From the NCBI RefSeq assembly GCF_009914755.1, contig NC_060936.1: a stretch of DNA of 64,000 nt, one strand, 5' to 3'. Under the pieces are notes generated by a model. That model did no database searches. It was not told where the DNA came from and saw nothing but the letters and a program-made list of their open reading frames with translations. This DNA comes from the human T2T-CHM13v2.0 reference genome, Homo sapiens. Positions 32,656 to 47,184 of the stretch are shown piece after piece. The position numbers and the translations under genes were made by a program. The stretch's first letter is position 1. The number at the start of each line of letters is the position of its first letter.

Positions 32656-32793
32656 CTTGACATCTTTGTACAGATGCACAGGCTCATAGTCGATGTTGTT
32701 CTTGAGGAAGTATTCATTCACGCAGGACAGGAGGGTCATCTCGGGCAGGGAGAAGATGTCCATGAACTGCTTCATCGTGTTTCCATGAGAGCT
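32656..32793 (-). CDS. NT5DC3: NT5DC3 exon 6 (138 nt): [46 protein letters not shown]
   Basis: tctgcag| acceptor, AAG|gttgta donor, phase 0-0. Lies within ORF 32584..32913. FSLPE is family-typical. Confidence 0.95.
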
Positions 32794-32930
32794 CTGCAGA
32801 CAGGGTGGAAGGAATGCTTTAGAAACAGGGGCCCACGTGAGGGACAGAGCCACGAAGCACCAGGAACAGCAGGAAGCCTTTTCCGTGACTAAACGAGATC
32901 CCATCATCAACACAAAAAAGGAAAGTTCTA

Positions 32931-33294
<364 letters not shown>

Positions 33295-33553
33295 TCACTC
33301 TAAGTATAACTAGGATATCAAAAGAAATGCCCTGATTTCCCCCAGAGTCTAATCACCCTTCCCCTCCCAATTTCTCCTGTGCTCACTCCCATTTCCGGTT
33401 CACACTCAGGAAACACAGAGGAAAGCCAGCAAACAAATTATTGCCCATAATGACATTAAAACTCATGTAATTCTCCTGAACTGGAGCACGAACCTCACGG
33501 CCCACATTTGAGCTTAAAAAACAGCCCTTCTCTGAATACTTGCGATTTACACT

Positions 33554-33831
33554 ATAGATTCTCAACTTATGATGGGGTTACATTCTGATAAACCCACTGT
33601 AAAAGATGCATTTATACATCTAACCTACCAAACATCATGGCTCAGCCTAGCCTATCTTAAGCATTCTCAGAACATTTATATTAGCCTATGCAAAGCCTGT
33701 TTTATAATAAGGTGTTGAGTGTCTCATATAATTTATTGAATACTGTAATTTATGTTGAAATTGCGATGGTTTTACACCATTGTAAAGTCAAAAAATTCTA
33801 AGTAGAATCATTGTAAGTCAGGGGCTGTCTG
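33554..33831. mobile_element. MER47A-like Tigger MITE
   Basis: acttatgatggggttacattctgataaaccc...cctagcctatcttaa...gtaagtcaggggctgtctg-ta. Confidence 0.75.
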
Positions 33832-34322
33832 TACTAAGTTTACTAGCTGACCGAGCATCGTCCATTTCATTTTGACAAAGCAAGTAAGTGAGTGCATCTA
33901 GTAAGACAAGAAGCAAAAATTCTGAGTGGAAAGAGAACCACAAAAGATAGAAAAGCAGAGGTTTCCCTGAAGGTAAAAAGGGTGGCTGTGTAGCCATCAA
34001 CTCTGGCATTTCACAGCCATTCGTCAGGGGAAGCAGTAGCTGTCACACCGACAGCCCCAATCTGTTCTGGAGCCCCACTCCAGAAACTAGGGACATTCCT
34101 GGAGATGGGGTGGCAAATGGGGTAGGTATGTGGGAGGTGAAAAGAGCCTTCATCAGGTGGGGAGGAAGTGCTTCAGAAAGGAGAATCATGAAAGAATCTG
34201 GGGGTGTCCCCTTCAAACGCTAGTCTCTCTCAACACACAATCTCAAATTTCCCTGTCAATTCCATATAAGCAGTAGGTAAGTTCGACAAGGCCATGTTTC
34301 AAGAAGGAAAAAGGCTGCTTTA

Positions 34323-34472
<150 letters not shown>

Positions 34473-34876
34473 CTAGAGAAACCAATGATTTTCACACCCC
34501 TGTGCAGTGCTGGGATTTTTCAATTGAGGTGCAAGGCACTGTCATCATGACGAGGCAAAATGTGCCACAAGTAAATGCCACAAATATCAGGTAAGATGCT
34601 ACTATGTTTACTACTACTACTGTTCTATTGGTAACAAGAGCAGGAATAATAATAGTTAATATTACATGGCATGTACTATAGGCCAGATATGAATTACACC
34701 TAGTCATTCCTGTAATTCTCAACAATCCTAGGAGGGAGGCATCATTATTCTTCCCATTTCCAGCTGAGGTAACTGAAGCAAAGAAAGGTCATGTACCTGT
34801 TCAAGGACACCAAAGTAGGAAGTGGTAGGTCAAGATTAGAACCCAGGCTTTCTGGCTCTATGGTCCAGGCTCTCAC

Positions 34877-35454
34877 ACCACTAAAGCACAAGGCTTCCTA
34901 ATGACTTGCTTTGGGGTGGGCTGGCTTTTGTTTTAATGTATTTAATACATTAGGGCAGAGAAAGATTGTTTTTGTCTCCATCAGACATCCTCCTGCCCTC
35001 CAATACTCTAGCCTGAGATAGGGGCTGACTTGGTTTGGCTGCGTCCCCACCTAAATCTCATCTTGAATTGTAGCTCCTATAATTCCCAGATTGTGGGAGG
35101 GACCTGGTGGGAGAACACTGAATCACCGGAGCTGTTTCCCCCATGCTATTCTCATGGCAGTGAATAAGTCTCACGAAATCTGATGATTTTATTAGGAGTT
35201 TCCCCTTTCACTTGGCTCTCATACTCTCTTGCCTGCCACCATGTAAAGCATGGCTTTCGCCTTCTGCCATGATTGTGAGGCCTCCCCCGCTATGTGGAAC
35301 TATGAGTCCATTAAGCCTCTTTTTCTTTATAAATTACCCAGTCTCGGGTATGTGAGAACAGACTAATACAGGTGCTGAGAATGGGAATTGCCACACCCAA
35401 CGCTCAGTGGACTAAACCCCGTGACATGAGGCAGGAAGCCCTGTGGCACCACCA
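34877..35454. repeat. Local duplication copy 1 (interrupted by a THE1 LTR)
   Basis: Colinear similarity to 37099-37631. Confidence 0.9.
35026..35370 (+). mobile_element. THE1-type MaLR solo LTR
   Basis: tga..tggtttggctgcgtccccacctaaatctcatcttgaattgtagctc...gactaataca. 5-bp TSD GGGGC/GGTGC. Confidence 0.9.
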
Positions 35455-37098
35455 CCTTGGAGAGGAAATGACCCTGAATGCTTTGTGACACTGAAGGCCA
35501 GTTTCCTCATCTACCATCTGCCTGCCTCTGGAATCTGCAAATGAATCCACCTCCTCCACATACCAAAAAAAAAAAAAAAAAAAAAAAAGATTTGTGAAGT
35601 CAGTGGCCAGGATTTCACTCCTGCTTCTGCCACCAGTGACTACAGCAGGTGCCTTCACCTATTCACCTGGACTCATCCACTCTCAAGCGTCAGGAGGGGA
35701 AACACCTGCTCCTCCACCCCTCCTGTGGAGGAGAAAGTGCTTGAGAAATAGACACCAATGATTACGAAACAACAGACTGAATAGTACAGGAAATGTCACG
35801 CTGTGCTACAACAGGAGTATAAATAATTCAAGAAGAATTTCAGTTACTAACACAACAGGTTGCTTAGCATACAAAACCACATGGTCCACAGTAAAACCTA
35901 TGTACGATATCATTTATGTTTTGATATGTAACGTTAACAAAAAGATCACTTCAACCTCTTTCCTCCCGTCTCCATCACCCACATTACTTTAAAAAGTTAT
36001 CTGAGTGGATTCATTAATATTTTGCCTCTCATCTTGATTAACCTGTTACAACTACTGGCCTTTGAAAAAACAGAAACACCGGACTCCCTTTATCTTTGCT
36101 CCAGAAATAAGATAAGACACTGGCACTAAGCCAGATCATTCGAGGCAGTGACCTTGGAAATCAGCCCTTGCTGAGTAGCAGCAGTCATGTGTCCACACTG
36201 CTAAGGCTCTAACACTGGAGAGAAAATATAAAAAGTCAAGTGATTCAGCCGGGTCAGAGTTATTTCCCTGCCCTTTGGAAGCCACTGCTGCCTCTAAGGC
36301 ACAGGCACAGCCACCCAGGCTGCATCCACAAGAGCCAAGCAACCAAATGGCGGCTCAGAAGACGCAGTGAAATCTGCCAGCTGAATTCCCCAAGAAGCAG
36401 CTGCATCGAACGAAGAGCCAAACACAACTGCAGCAGGCATGGGCAGATTGCCCGGCCACATCTGAATGCAGCCTCAACCAGCGTTGAAATCGAAGTGGAA
36501 GCTCCTTTTCCCCAGCTCTGCATGAGAAACACGAGGTTAGGAGCACAGATCTGAATGAGTCTGCCAGGGCTTCCAATTCCCGCTCCCTTCATCACTAGGG
36601 ATATTACCTTGATAAGTAATTTATCCCTTTTGGGTCTCAAAGTCTTCATTCTTAAAGCAGAGAACTATAAAAGTGCCTATTTCCTGATGTCACTGAGAAG
36701 ATCACAGGAGCTACCACGTATAGAACAGTTGGTCTATGTAAGCACTATAGAGAGGCTTCACTAGTGTGGCTGTGAAAGGAACCACCCCAGCTTTTCACAA
36801 GGTTCCTAGTAAAAACTTAAACTATAGGTACAAAAATGAGGCTGCAGTAGGGAACCCCCCTCCACTTCCCCAGCTGGCAGCACTCACTCCTGTGGGCCAA
36901 ACATCATAAAATTCACCCTGGTGTAGGGACTGGGGACCTGCATCAGGGCTTAGAAACAAACTAGGCTGAGACACTTTGCTTAGAAACAAAGCGTCCCTTA
37001 GAAAGGGACACTTTCTTCCCACCTTCTCTCATTCATGGCCCCTTCTGGTGTGAAAGAGAAGAAAAGTGACATTTCTGCATGCCCAGGATCTTAATTAA

Positions 37099-37631
<533 letters not shown>

Positions 37632-38249
37632 TATATTCTGGGCCCTGTGCAGGTATGCTTCATCTTCACCAGCTGCCCCTTAGGCAGGCACTGGAATCAT
37701 GCCTGCTTTACAGGAGGAAACCAAGGCTTTCAGAGGGTCCAGAGATTGCTCAAGACCACACACGTGTGAGCCATGGAGCTGGGGTTCGCACCCAGGAAGC
37801 GTGAGTGACTCGAGTCCACACACTCCCTCCAGAGTCCAGCTCACCTCAACACCCTTCTCAGCAGCGATGCAACAGTGAACTTCCCTACAGCCTCATTCTG
37901 AACGCTCCTTCTCCCTGAATGCCTCATACACTGTCCATACTCCTTGACACAATGGACAGTGTATATACAAGAAACAAGGCAATTCTTCTCCTGTGAACCC
38001 CAGGAGAAGAAAGAGGAGAAAGCATTTCAGGCTGAGAGGGTGAGCAGAGGACTCACCACAAGTTGGCCATGGAGGGTGGGTAGGATTTCAAGAAGCAGAG
38101 AGGAAGGAAAACTGCACGCTGGCAGAACACCAGCAGGAGCAAATGCCAGGTGGCAAGAAAGAAGATGTCAAGGGAAAAGAATCCCTGTGCTGTCTTTGCC
38201 TGCCCGGCATCCTGTCTCTCTTCATCATAATGGTTCAAGACCAAACACA

Positions 38250-38560
38250 TGACTCAAGTCATTCTGATGAGATTCAGTCCTGAGACTCCAATGGAATGTG
38301 GAGAAACAAAGCTCCTCTGTTCTTCTTGACCTGGAGCTGGGGGGATGTGGGCTTGGTAGTGCCAGGGGTCACCAAGGAGGGGCTTGCCTGAGAGTGAGCC
38401 AAGCCAGAGAGGAAGGCCAAGAGCTGGAAAGAGTTCTGACAATAGCAATTTGGCCCCTGGAGCCAGCCACACCTGCAAGCTCACTCTGTCTGTGGACTGT
38501 ACCATTAGTTTCTGAGCCAGTTTGAGTTTCAGTCACTTTCAACCAAGAGTCTTGACCAAT
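38250..38560 (+). mobile_element. Old MaLR LTR fragment (MLT1K/L-like)
   Basis: End tgagccagtttgagtttcagtcactttcaaccaagagtcttgaccaat resembles an MLT1 3' terminus. Confidence 0.5.
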
Positions 38561-39239
38561 CTAGTAAGTCAAGGAGCTGTGTATGGAAGAAGAGGAAGCG
38601 AAGAGTTTAAAGCAGGTTGATAAAAATCTCAAACCTAAGCCTAAGCATATGGCTTAGCCTTTATTCTGTAGAGAGCAGGGAGCCATCCAGGCATTCAGAG
38701 GAGGGGATTATTGGGAGTAACGATTTAGGGAATCAGTCTGGCAAGAATGTCCAGGATGGAGTGCCCTGCAGCAAACCCCAAGAACCCAGGAGAGAAGGGG
38801 TAAGTGTCTATGGAGGGGGCCAACAGCAGAAACAGAGATGGAGAGACAGAATAGAGAGACCTGGTGAGGATTCTCATAAACATGCATAACCTTGCCTTCT
38901 TCGTTCTCTCCCCCACCCTCACCACTGCAACAATAATTCTGGGAAAACATTAGGAGCTATGAGTAGGGGAACAAATGAATGCTCATTTAAGAGGTTTAGA
39001 GAAAGAAAAACTAAAAATTGTAATATGTTAAATGTAGCAACAACTTTAAAATATAAGTTAAAAGTAAGTCTGTTGGGAATGGTACAATCTGGAGGTAAAC
39101 TGAGCCATTTCAAAAGCCTTAAAATGAATGAACAACATTCACCTGGCAATTTCACTTATCCTAAGAAAATGAGACATGTGCACAAAAATGTATTAATTAT
39201 ATTTAATATACATGTTACTTACAAAATACATGAAAAGTT

Positions 39240-39570
39240 TTTTGTTTTAACTTTTAGGTTCAGGGGTACATGTGCAGGTTTGTTATATAGGTAAATTCAT
39301 GTCATGGGGGTTTGTTGTAGATATTTCATTACCCATGTACTAAGCCCTAGTACCCTATCCATTAGTTATTTTTCCTGATCCTCTCCCTTCTCCCACCCTC
39401 CACCCTCCAGTAGATCCCAGAGTCTATTGTTCACCTCTATATGTCCATGAGTCCCCATCATTTAGCTTCCACTTGTGAGAACATGCAGTATTTGGCTTCC
39501 TGTTCCTGCGTTAGCTTGCTAAGGATAATGGCCTCCAGCTCCATCCATGTTTCACAGCAAGATGTGATCT
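39240..39570 (-). mobile_element. L1PA/PB 3' end fragment
   Basis: ttttaggttcaggggtacatgtgcaggtttgttatataggtaaa...ggataatggcctccagctccatccatgtt. Confidence 0.88.
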
Positions 39571-40531
39571 TGCTGGAAAGATTATTTGTAATTGTCCATA
39601 CTAAAATAGATTCATTCATTACCGCCCCCCCCCAAAAAATGTGTTGAGGGACTCCAACTATCCCTTGTACCTTAAGAAAGGCCACACAGCATGGTGGCCA
39701 AGAGCACAGACTCTGGACCCAGGCTGCCTGGGTCTGAATTCTAGCCCAGGCAATTATTTGCTGTGTGACCTTGGGCAAGTTACTTAACACCTCTGGCACT
39801 AATAATAGTACCTACTTCATATAGTTATTTTGAGGATTGAATGAGTTAAACAAAACCCTTATAACAGTGCCTGTCCCATAGCAAGACTCAATATTTGCTA
39901 GTCGCTATTAGTAATATTATTACCATCATCACCACCACCTCCTCTCCATCCTGAAACACTATTAAAGTGACAGTAAAAACAGTCAAAGGAAATGAGAGCA
40001 AAGACATCAATAGACAAGACATTTCCACAAGACACTGGAAGACAAACACTGGATGCAAAGAAGGTATCTTGACTTAACACTGATAACAGAGGCCTGCAAG
40101 GGTTATACCCATGACAAGAACTGATTCCCCACCACAAGCTGCAGAAAGGCTCAGCACAAGGAGGCACCAGGAGGCTACTGGAGGATATACTCAAGCAAAG
40201 TGAGGGAGTAAAGCCAGAGAGAGGAAGAGAAGGGAATTTGAAACAGGGAAAGTAGCAAAGGGAAGTCCCAAGACAAGCAACCAAACCAGATCAGACCAGG
40301 AGGGGAGAGTCAATTTTTTTTTTAAAAAGTGACAAATTATTGAAAACATTTGAATTATTGGAAAATAAATACATGCCTAACATTTGTAATGGACTATTTG
40401 GAAAAAATCAGAGATACCTACACAGAAAACTAGGCAAACAAAAACTGAGATTATTGTTAAAATCTAAGAAAAACAAAATATTGTACAAGAAAGAAAATAA
40501 TCGCACGGCACTACCTGGCTTAAGAGTGACC

Positions 40532-40836
<305 letters not shown>

Positions 40837-41326
40837 GAGTGAACCAGGCAAGACCTTCTGAGTCATAATGTAAACAGTGACCAGTACAACCACCAAAAAC
40901 TGAGATCTGAATGAGATGAGAGGAATGAGACTGGAGAAGTGGGAGGAGGTGCCAGAAAGCTAAGTCCTTATCTACCACAGCAGGGACAATATCCAGAATT
41001 AATAAATTAGGAAATAGAAGAATGAGCACATTACTTAAAAAATCTAAAGACTTTAAAGGTTTTAGGGGCAGAGGGGAGCACAGAAGATTACTGCTGACCC
41101 CTGTGACATCTTTAATCCTGTTTGACTGTGTGACTCTATCCATGTTTCACTTTGATTTTAAAAATAAACAAGCATTAATTTTAACAAAGTTTGTGAGAGA
41201 AGAATGTAAGCTAAGACATACTTTTAAGTATAAGCTGTGCACCTAAATACAAATCACACTCCTAAATCCCCTCCCAAATTGGAGAATAAAAAAAGGCCAA
41301 GTTCTCCATTTTAAAAGTTACAAAGA

Positions 41327-41632
41327 CGCCCGGGCGTGGTGACTCATGCCTGTAATCCCAGCACTTTGGAAGCCTGAGGCAGGCAGATCACTTGAGGTCA
41401 GGAGTTCAAGACCAGCCTGGCTAATATGGTGAAACCCTGTCTCTACTAAAAATATAAAAATTAGCCAGGCATGGTGGCATGTGCCTGTAGTCCCAGCTAA
41501 TCGGGAGGCTGAGGCAGGAGAATCACTTGAATCTGGGAGGCAGAGGCTGCAGTGAGCCTAGATTGTGCCATTGCACTGCAGCCTGGGCATCACAGCGAGA
41601 CTCCACCTCAAAAAAAAAAAAAAAAAAAAAAA
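41327..41632 (+). mobile_element. Alu (AluS-like), intron 4
   Basis: Full Alu. Confidence 0.95.
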
Positions 41633-42083
41633 GTCTCAATATCCAAACCACCCAAATACCATGGTGGGAAGGAGAACCCTATACCCTCACCCCCATAGCC
41701 CTCCTGCTCCAAGTCTCCTCATCAGGACCCTCCCTCAGCTTGCCAGCCAGCATCTCTGGAAAACCAGTCCTTCCTCCAGTCCTCCAGACTGCTCCCGACC
41801 TCTGAGCACATTTCTATCATCACCTCTGTCACTCTGAACTGCAGTCAAGTTTACTTACATGACTTCCCACCCACACTCTGAGCTCCTTGAGGACATCAAG
41901 GCACACCAAGCCCTTAGCACCTGGCATGGTAGCAGGCCTCAACAAATGCTCTTGAGTAAGTGAGTGAATGAATGAATCATATTCACACTGCAGCCCTCTT
42001 CATCATTAAACAGTCAGAGGGTCCTGAAACCCAAAGCACCTGGTTACTTCACGTAAATTAAATGTATCTCCTCTTACTCTTAC

Positions 42084-42139
42084 CTGTAGACAGTTCCCAG
42101 CTGGATATAATGAAAAGCATCGATCTTCATTAATACTGC
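42084..42139 (-). CDS. NT5DC3: NT5DC3 exon 4 (56 nt): AVLMKIDAFHYIQLGTVY(R)
   Basis: tttttaaag| acceptor, AG|gtaaga donor, phase 0-2, joins exon 5 in frame. Confidence 0.95.
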
Positions 42140-42616
42140 CTTTAAAAACATAAACATATGCACATGTAAATAATGTATGACTATTTGCATATTACATGAG
42201 CCATCCAGGTGTCATCATATATCCTATCAACATTAGGCTGCCCTAACAAGGAAGCACACTGTATATTCCTGAAAGGGTTGCTTGTTAATTAATGTGCTGT
42301 ACAGCTCTTTAAAGAAATGGCCTATCTGCAAAAGACAGGGGAAAAAAATAGATATGGCAACTGGTTCCTCCTCCAAACACCAAAATGACTACTAGAAATA
42401 AACAGTACCTCCTAAATAGCTAAATGCATTTATGCTTTTCTAACACATAGTCTCTTCCAGAAGATTCTATCCAAATATATGTGAATAAATTTGGTTCTGC
42501 AGTCCCAAATAACATAATTTAAAACTAATTTGCCCGTTCAGTAAAGAAAAGTACCAACAGTACATTTCATTTCCAAACATCATTAAACCATAGAAAAACA
42601 GGAGAAGTAAACCTAC

Positions 42617-42691
42617 CCGCTGTACATCATAATGAAGTCCACGAATTGCAAAATTTGGGTCATACTCATACTTCCTGATTTCTGCTGGATA
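42617..42691 (-). CDS. NT5DC3: NT5DC3 exon 3 (75 nt): [25 protein letters not shown]
   Basis: cttag| acceptor, CGG|gtaggt donor, phase 0-0, family-typical YDPxFAIRGL. Confidence 0.96.
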
Positions 42692-43432
42692 CTAAGAAAG
42701 AAGAAAGGAACTGGTTTTAGCCAACAATGTGCCAAGTGCAGGATCCTGTCCAGATCTGGCCCTTGTACAAAGGCTGAGGTAGTTGATACACCAGTGGGAG
42801 GTTGGGGTCAGAAGGGGCAGACCACAGCTTGTCCCTCTGCTTCCAATCCAAGCGCCTCCTAGCAAGCACGCTGGCCAGAGCCTTCCATCCTGCCCTGTAC
42901 CCTGTCCATCTGCCCAAGCACAGGCTGGGCCTCATTCTCTCCCCTGCCAACTTCTCTCAACTCTCTCCTCTCTTTCCCTCCCCTACCTGTGTCCCTAGAC
43001 TCCCAGATCCCTAAGACCCCAGGAACACATCGGCTTCAATCTCCACCCATCACTCCCTCCTTTTATCTTCAAGGCTGCTGCAGATAAAAGGAATGTTCCC
43101 CCTAATACTGGAAGCACAGCTTTACCCAAACTCATTGTCAACCATCCATTCAACTCATATGTGAGCACCTTGATGTGGCAGGCCCCTGGACGGCCCCATT
43201 ACCAGGTTTCACGGAGAGCCTTAAGGTGAAAACTTCTCAGAGTGGAGCCTCTCCATAGAGCTTTCATTGCTTCTCTCATCTGGATAGCTGGCCACTGCCC
43301 ACCCTCCAGCTGGGCAACCCCACGGCTGTCAGACACAGCATTCCCCACACTAGGCCTAGGGAGGCCCTTCCTTGGCACATGGATTACGGTTACTATCCAG
43401 CACTCTGTCTCAGAACAGTTGTGAAGGCAGCA

Positions 43433-43762
43433 GATATGGTTTGGCTCTATGTCCCCAGCCAAGTCTCATCTTGAATTGTAGTTCCCATAATTCCCACGTG
43501 TTGTGGGAGGAACCTGGTGGGAGACAACTGAATGATGGGGGCGGCTTCCCCCATACTCACGAGATCTGATGGTTTTATATTCACTTGGTTCTCATTCTCT
43601 CTCTTGCCTGCTGCCAATGTAAGATGTGCCTTTCACCTTCTGTCATGATTGTGAGGGCTCCCCAGCCACATGGAACTGTGAGTCCATTAAACCTCTTTTT
43701 CTCTATAAATTACCCGGCCTTGGGTATGTCTTTATCAGCAGCATGAAAACGAAACTAATACA
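43433..43762 (+). mobile_element. THE1-type MaLR solo LTR
   Basis: gatatggtttggctctatgtcccc...aaactaataca. Confidence 0.9.
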
Positions 43763-45214
43763 GCAGCCCAGTTCCCCGGGTATTTCCTATTATCAAGCCA
43801 TTCCTCACACTATGCAAAATTGCTGGCTCCTCCTTATCTACTGCACCAGGTATCCAAGTCCTTACTTCTCTCCCTAAATCTCAGAATTAGGACACAAGCT
43901 ACCCTGTGGATGACACTGATCTGTGGGCACCATTTCTGCTGCTACTACACGGCAGGCCCTACCATCCCCATTTTATTCAGAGGGACATCAGAGGTTCTGA
44001 ATGAAACAAACTAGGGTATGGTGGGCAGAGAATCAGGCTGGGGCCTTCTCCCCTGCTCTCCCCACTGCCCCTCTGCCCTCGGAGCATAGACCTGCAGGAC
44101 AGAACATCTATTCCTGAGTCTAGAGAGGCAACATCACTAGGACCTTCCAACTGTGATGCAAGTTGCTTAAGTTAAAACCCAGACAACTATTAAGTGCCCA
44201 GGAAACCTCCTTCCATGGCTGAGCGGCTAATATTTCATAGCCAGGGTTCCATTTGTACAAAAACATTTCCTGGGACCAGCAGGCTGACCCGCATGTGGCA
44301 ATTTTTCAAGTCAAGCTGCACAAAGCACTAACTCAAATGTCACATTTGGGATCATTTATCCACTACCTGCCATGTGTGCCAAGAAATCACCAAACTGACA
44401 TTTCCATTCATGGGCGTTTCCAAGAATTGAGAACCCTGTGTATGGTCCTGCATTTTTGCAGACATAATTGACAAGCTGACACAGAACCCAACGCTTGGCA
44501 CCCTGGATCTGCTTACTGAAGGGGGGCCAAGGGACTTCAGCAGCTCTGCAATCTCCTGTTAAACTCATGACTGATGGATAATAAGAGGGCAGACAGAAGA
44601 GAAATATTTTAATATGTCACTGAGAGCGGTGCCTTCACTGAGCATATGCTATGTGCCACACACTAGACACTTTCTATGACTTTCTTTATCTTTATCCCTC
44701 ACTACATCAGCATGAAGGAAGCAGGCATCTCAAGCCTATTTTACTATTGAATAATCTGAAGATCAGGGGCAAGGAATTTGCCCAAGGTCACACAGCTAGA
44801 TAGTGGTTGAGCCAGTATTTGAACCCAGGTCTGTGTCACACCCAAGTCCACCCCTAACCACCACATAATCAATTCTGAACCAACTCTGAGCCACTATATA
44901 CTGGACACTCATCGCCTCCCTGTGACAGCAGCACCTGCCACCTCAGAGGGGTTCAACAAGTTTGCTGAAAGCATTTGCAGTTACGAGTGGAGCACCAACT
45001 ATTTTAGTTGATTGCTGGCACTTAAATAAGAGAGTGTTTACTGCTGAAAAGTCTGGTGGTTCTTTCTTTGAATGAGGCTTATCTGGGCTCCCCAGCAGGA
45101 CATGCCCTCCACACACTCACATTCCGCTTGCCTCTCACTCTCAATGTTATTCTTGGGGAGCCACTCCTGAGAAATACACAATGTTTATCTGGTCCAAAGA
45201 CCACAGTGAGTGAC

Positions 45215-45562
45215 TATATGAGTCCGTTCTCACGCTGCTGATAAACACATACCTGAAACTGGGTAATTTATAAAGGAAAGAGGTTTAATGGACTCAGTGT
45301 TCCACATGGCTGGGGAGACCTCACAATCATGGAGGAAAGTCACATCTTACATGGCAGCAGGCAAGAGAGCTTGTGCAGGAGAACTCGGCTTTATAACACC
45401 ATTAGATTTCTTGGGACTTATTCACTATTGTGAGAACAGCACAGGAAAAACCCACCCCCATGATTCAATTGCCTCCCACCAGGTCCCTCCCATGACACGT
45501 GGGGATTATGGGAGCTACAATTCAAGATGAGATTTGGGTGGGGACACAGCCAAACCATATCA
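45215..45562 (-). mobile_element. THE1-type MaLR solo LTR (sense to NT5DC3)
   Basis: Reverse THE1 ending gggacacagccaaaccatatca. Confidence 0.9.
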
Positions 45563-47184
45563 ATGATCTTGAAAACTGACAGACGCAGCTGGAAAAGCCC
45601 CAACAGGACGATGTCATAATGAAGAATACAGGTTCCGGGGCTGAGAGACCAGGCATCAAATCCTGGTCCTGCTATGTGCTAGCTGGGTGACCCTGGGCAA
45701 GGTGGTCTGTCCCTCTAAGCCTTGGTTTTCTCATCTACAAAGAAAAGATAACAAGAATCCTATCCTTTTGGAATTGCAAAGGATTCAGCCCAAAAATGCG
45801 TGTGGCAAGTCAGGGCAGTGCCTGGCACATGGGAAGTGCTCAATAAAATTGAGTGGCTTCGCTGGATTGAGAACTGGCGGCCTGGGGTTTTAGGTCCACC
45901 CTACTAGCCCCTGCTACTCTCCTGTATGACTTTAGGTAAGTCTTCTCCAAGGCCTCTTCTAGTCGAACCATTTTGACTAGGGTGATTTCTGTGCTCTACT
46001 CCTGCCCCTAAATTGTAATCTCCCCATACAACCAGCCTAGTCAAAAACATCCTCGTGATTGGCCCATTTCCAACACACACACACACAGCATCAGTAGAAC
46101 ACCTGTTAACAGTGACATCCAGCCCAAGAACCAGAGCTGCTCACAGCAGCCAGTTGGTTACAGTCCTCTCCAACAGTCTCAGCTAGATTTTCAGGACTTT
46201 TCGTAGTTTAGAAACTTTTCACCACCCAAGGGGGAAAAAATAAAAAGACTCACCCAAGGTGAAGTATTATGGAGATAACTGGTATCCCTAAAAGCAGTCA
46301 GAAATATAAAAGATAAAGCCCTTGACTTAGGGTTTTTATTAAAATTCTAATTTAGGCCCAGTCTGGTTTCCTTTAGTACCTTGACTTTGTTCTAATCCCA
46401 GTTAAAATCTGGGCAAATTCCTGTGTGCTGATAAAGAGCAAAGTGTCCCCCTGAAAATGCTACAGAAACGTCCCTATAGCTTCAAGCAAAGTTAATACCA
46501 AAATGCAGCAGCGAACCCAGGACTTCTCCATGTGTGCCTATTTCCTACAGTCCTGGGTAATTACAGCTCTCAGATACAGCTAGTAACCTCTACGTTACAA
46601 CACTGCTGTGGGTTCCTGAGGTCCAGAGGCCTATAAACATACCTGCTTTCCAGAGGTCTCAGTTTAATATTTAAAGTAGCCTAAATTACGCATCTAATTA
46701 GAGGCAACGCAGAAGGGAACAAAAACTAAGCTCTCTGAAATCCACACAAAACACGATGCTAGAGTAAAATGACCTCATCAGGACGCTGGCCCCACATGAA
46801 GCACAACTCTCTCACTTACCTGCAGAACTCACGGATGCAGATGTCAAATGTTTACTGAGTACCTACTTTGTGCCAGGGCCTGGGAATACAGCAATGAACA
46901 GAACTGACAAAAGTGTCTGCCCCTGCAAAGTTCCCATTCTACCTGGGGGGGTAGACCATACACAAATACACACACAGAATATAACGCCTTGGAGTGTATG
47001 TTCTAAAAGAAAATGCAATACAAGCATTCACAAATCTGCGGGTGGGCGGGGGCGGGGAAGCAAGCCGGGAGCAAGCCTCATCTGGGGGAAGAAAGAGTGC
47101 TCCAAGGCAGAAGTAGGAAAGGGTTTGGAGGTTCAAGGAGCAGGAGGGGAGGAGAGGAGACGGCTGGAGGAGGCTGGGGAGGCC

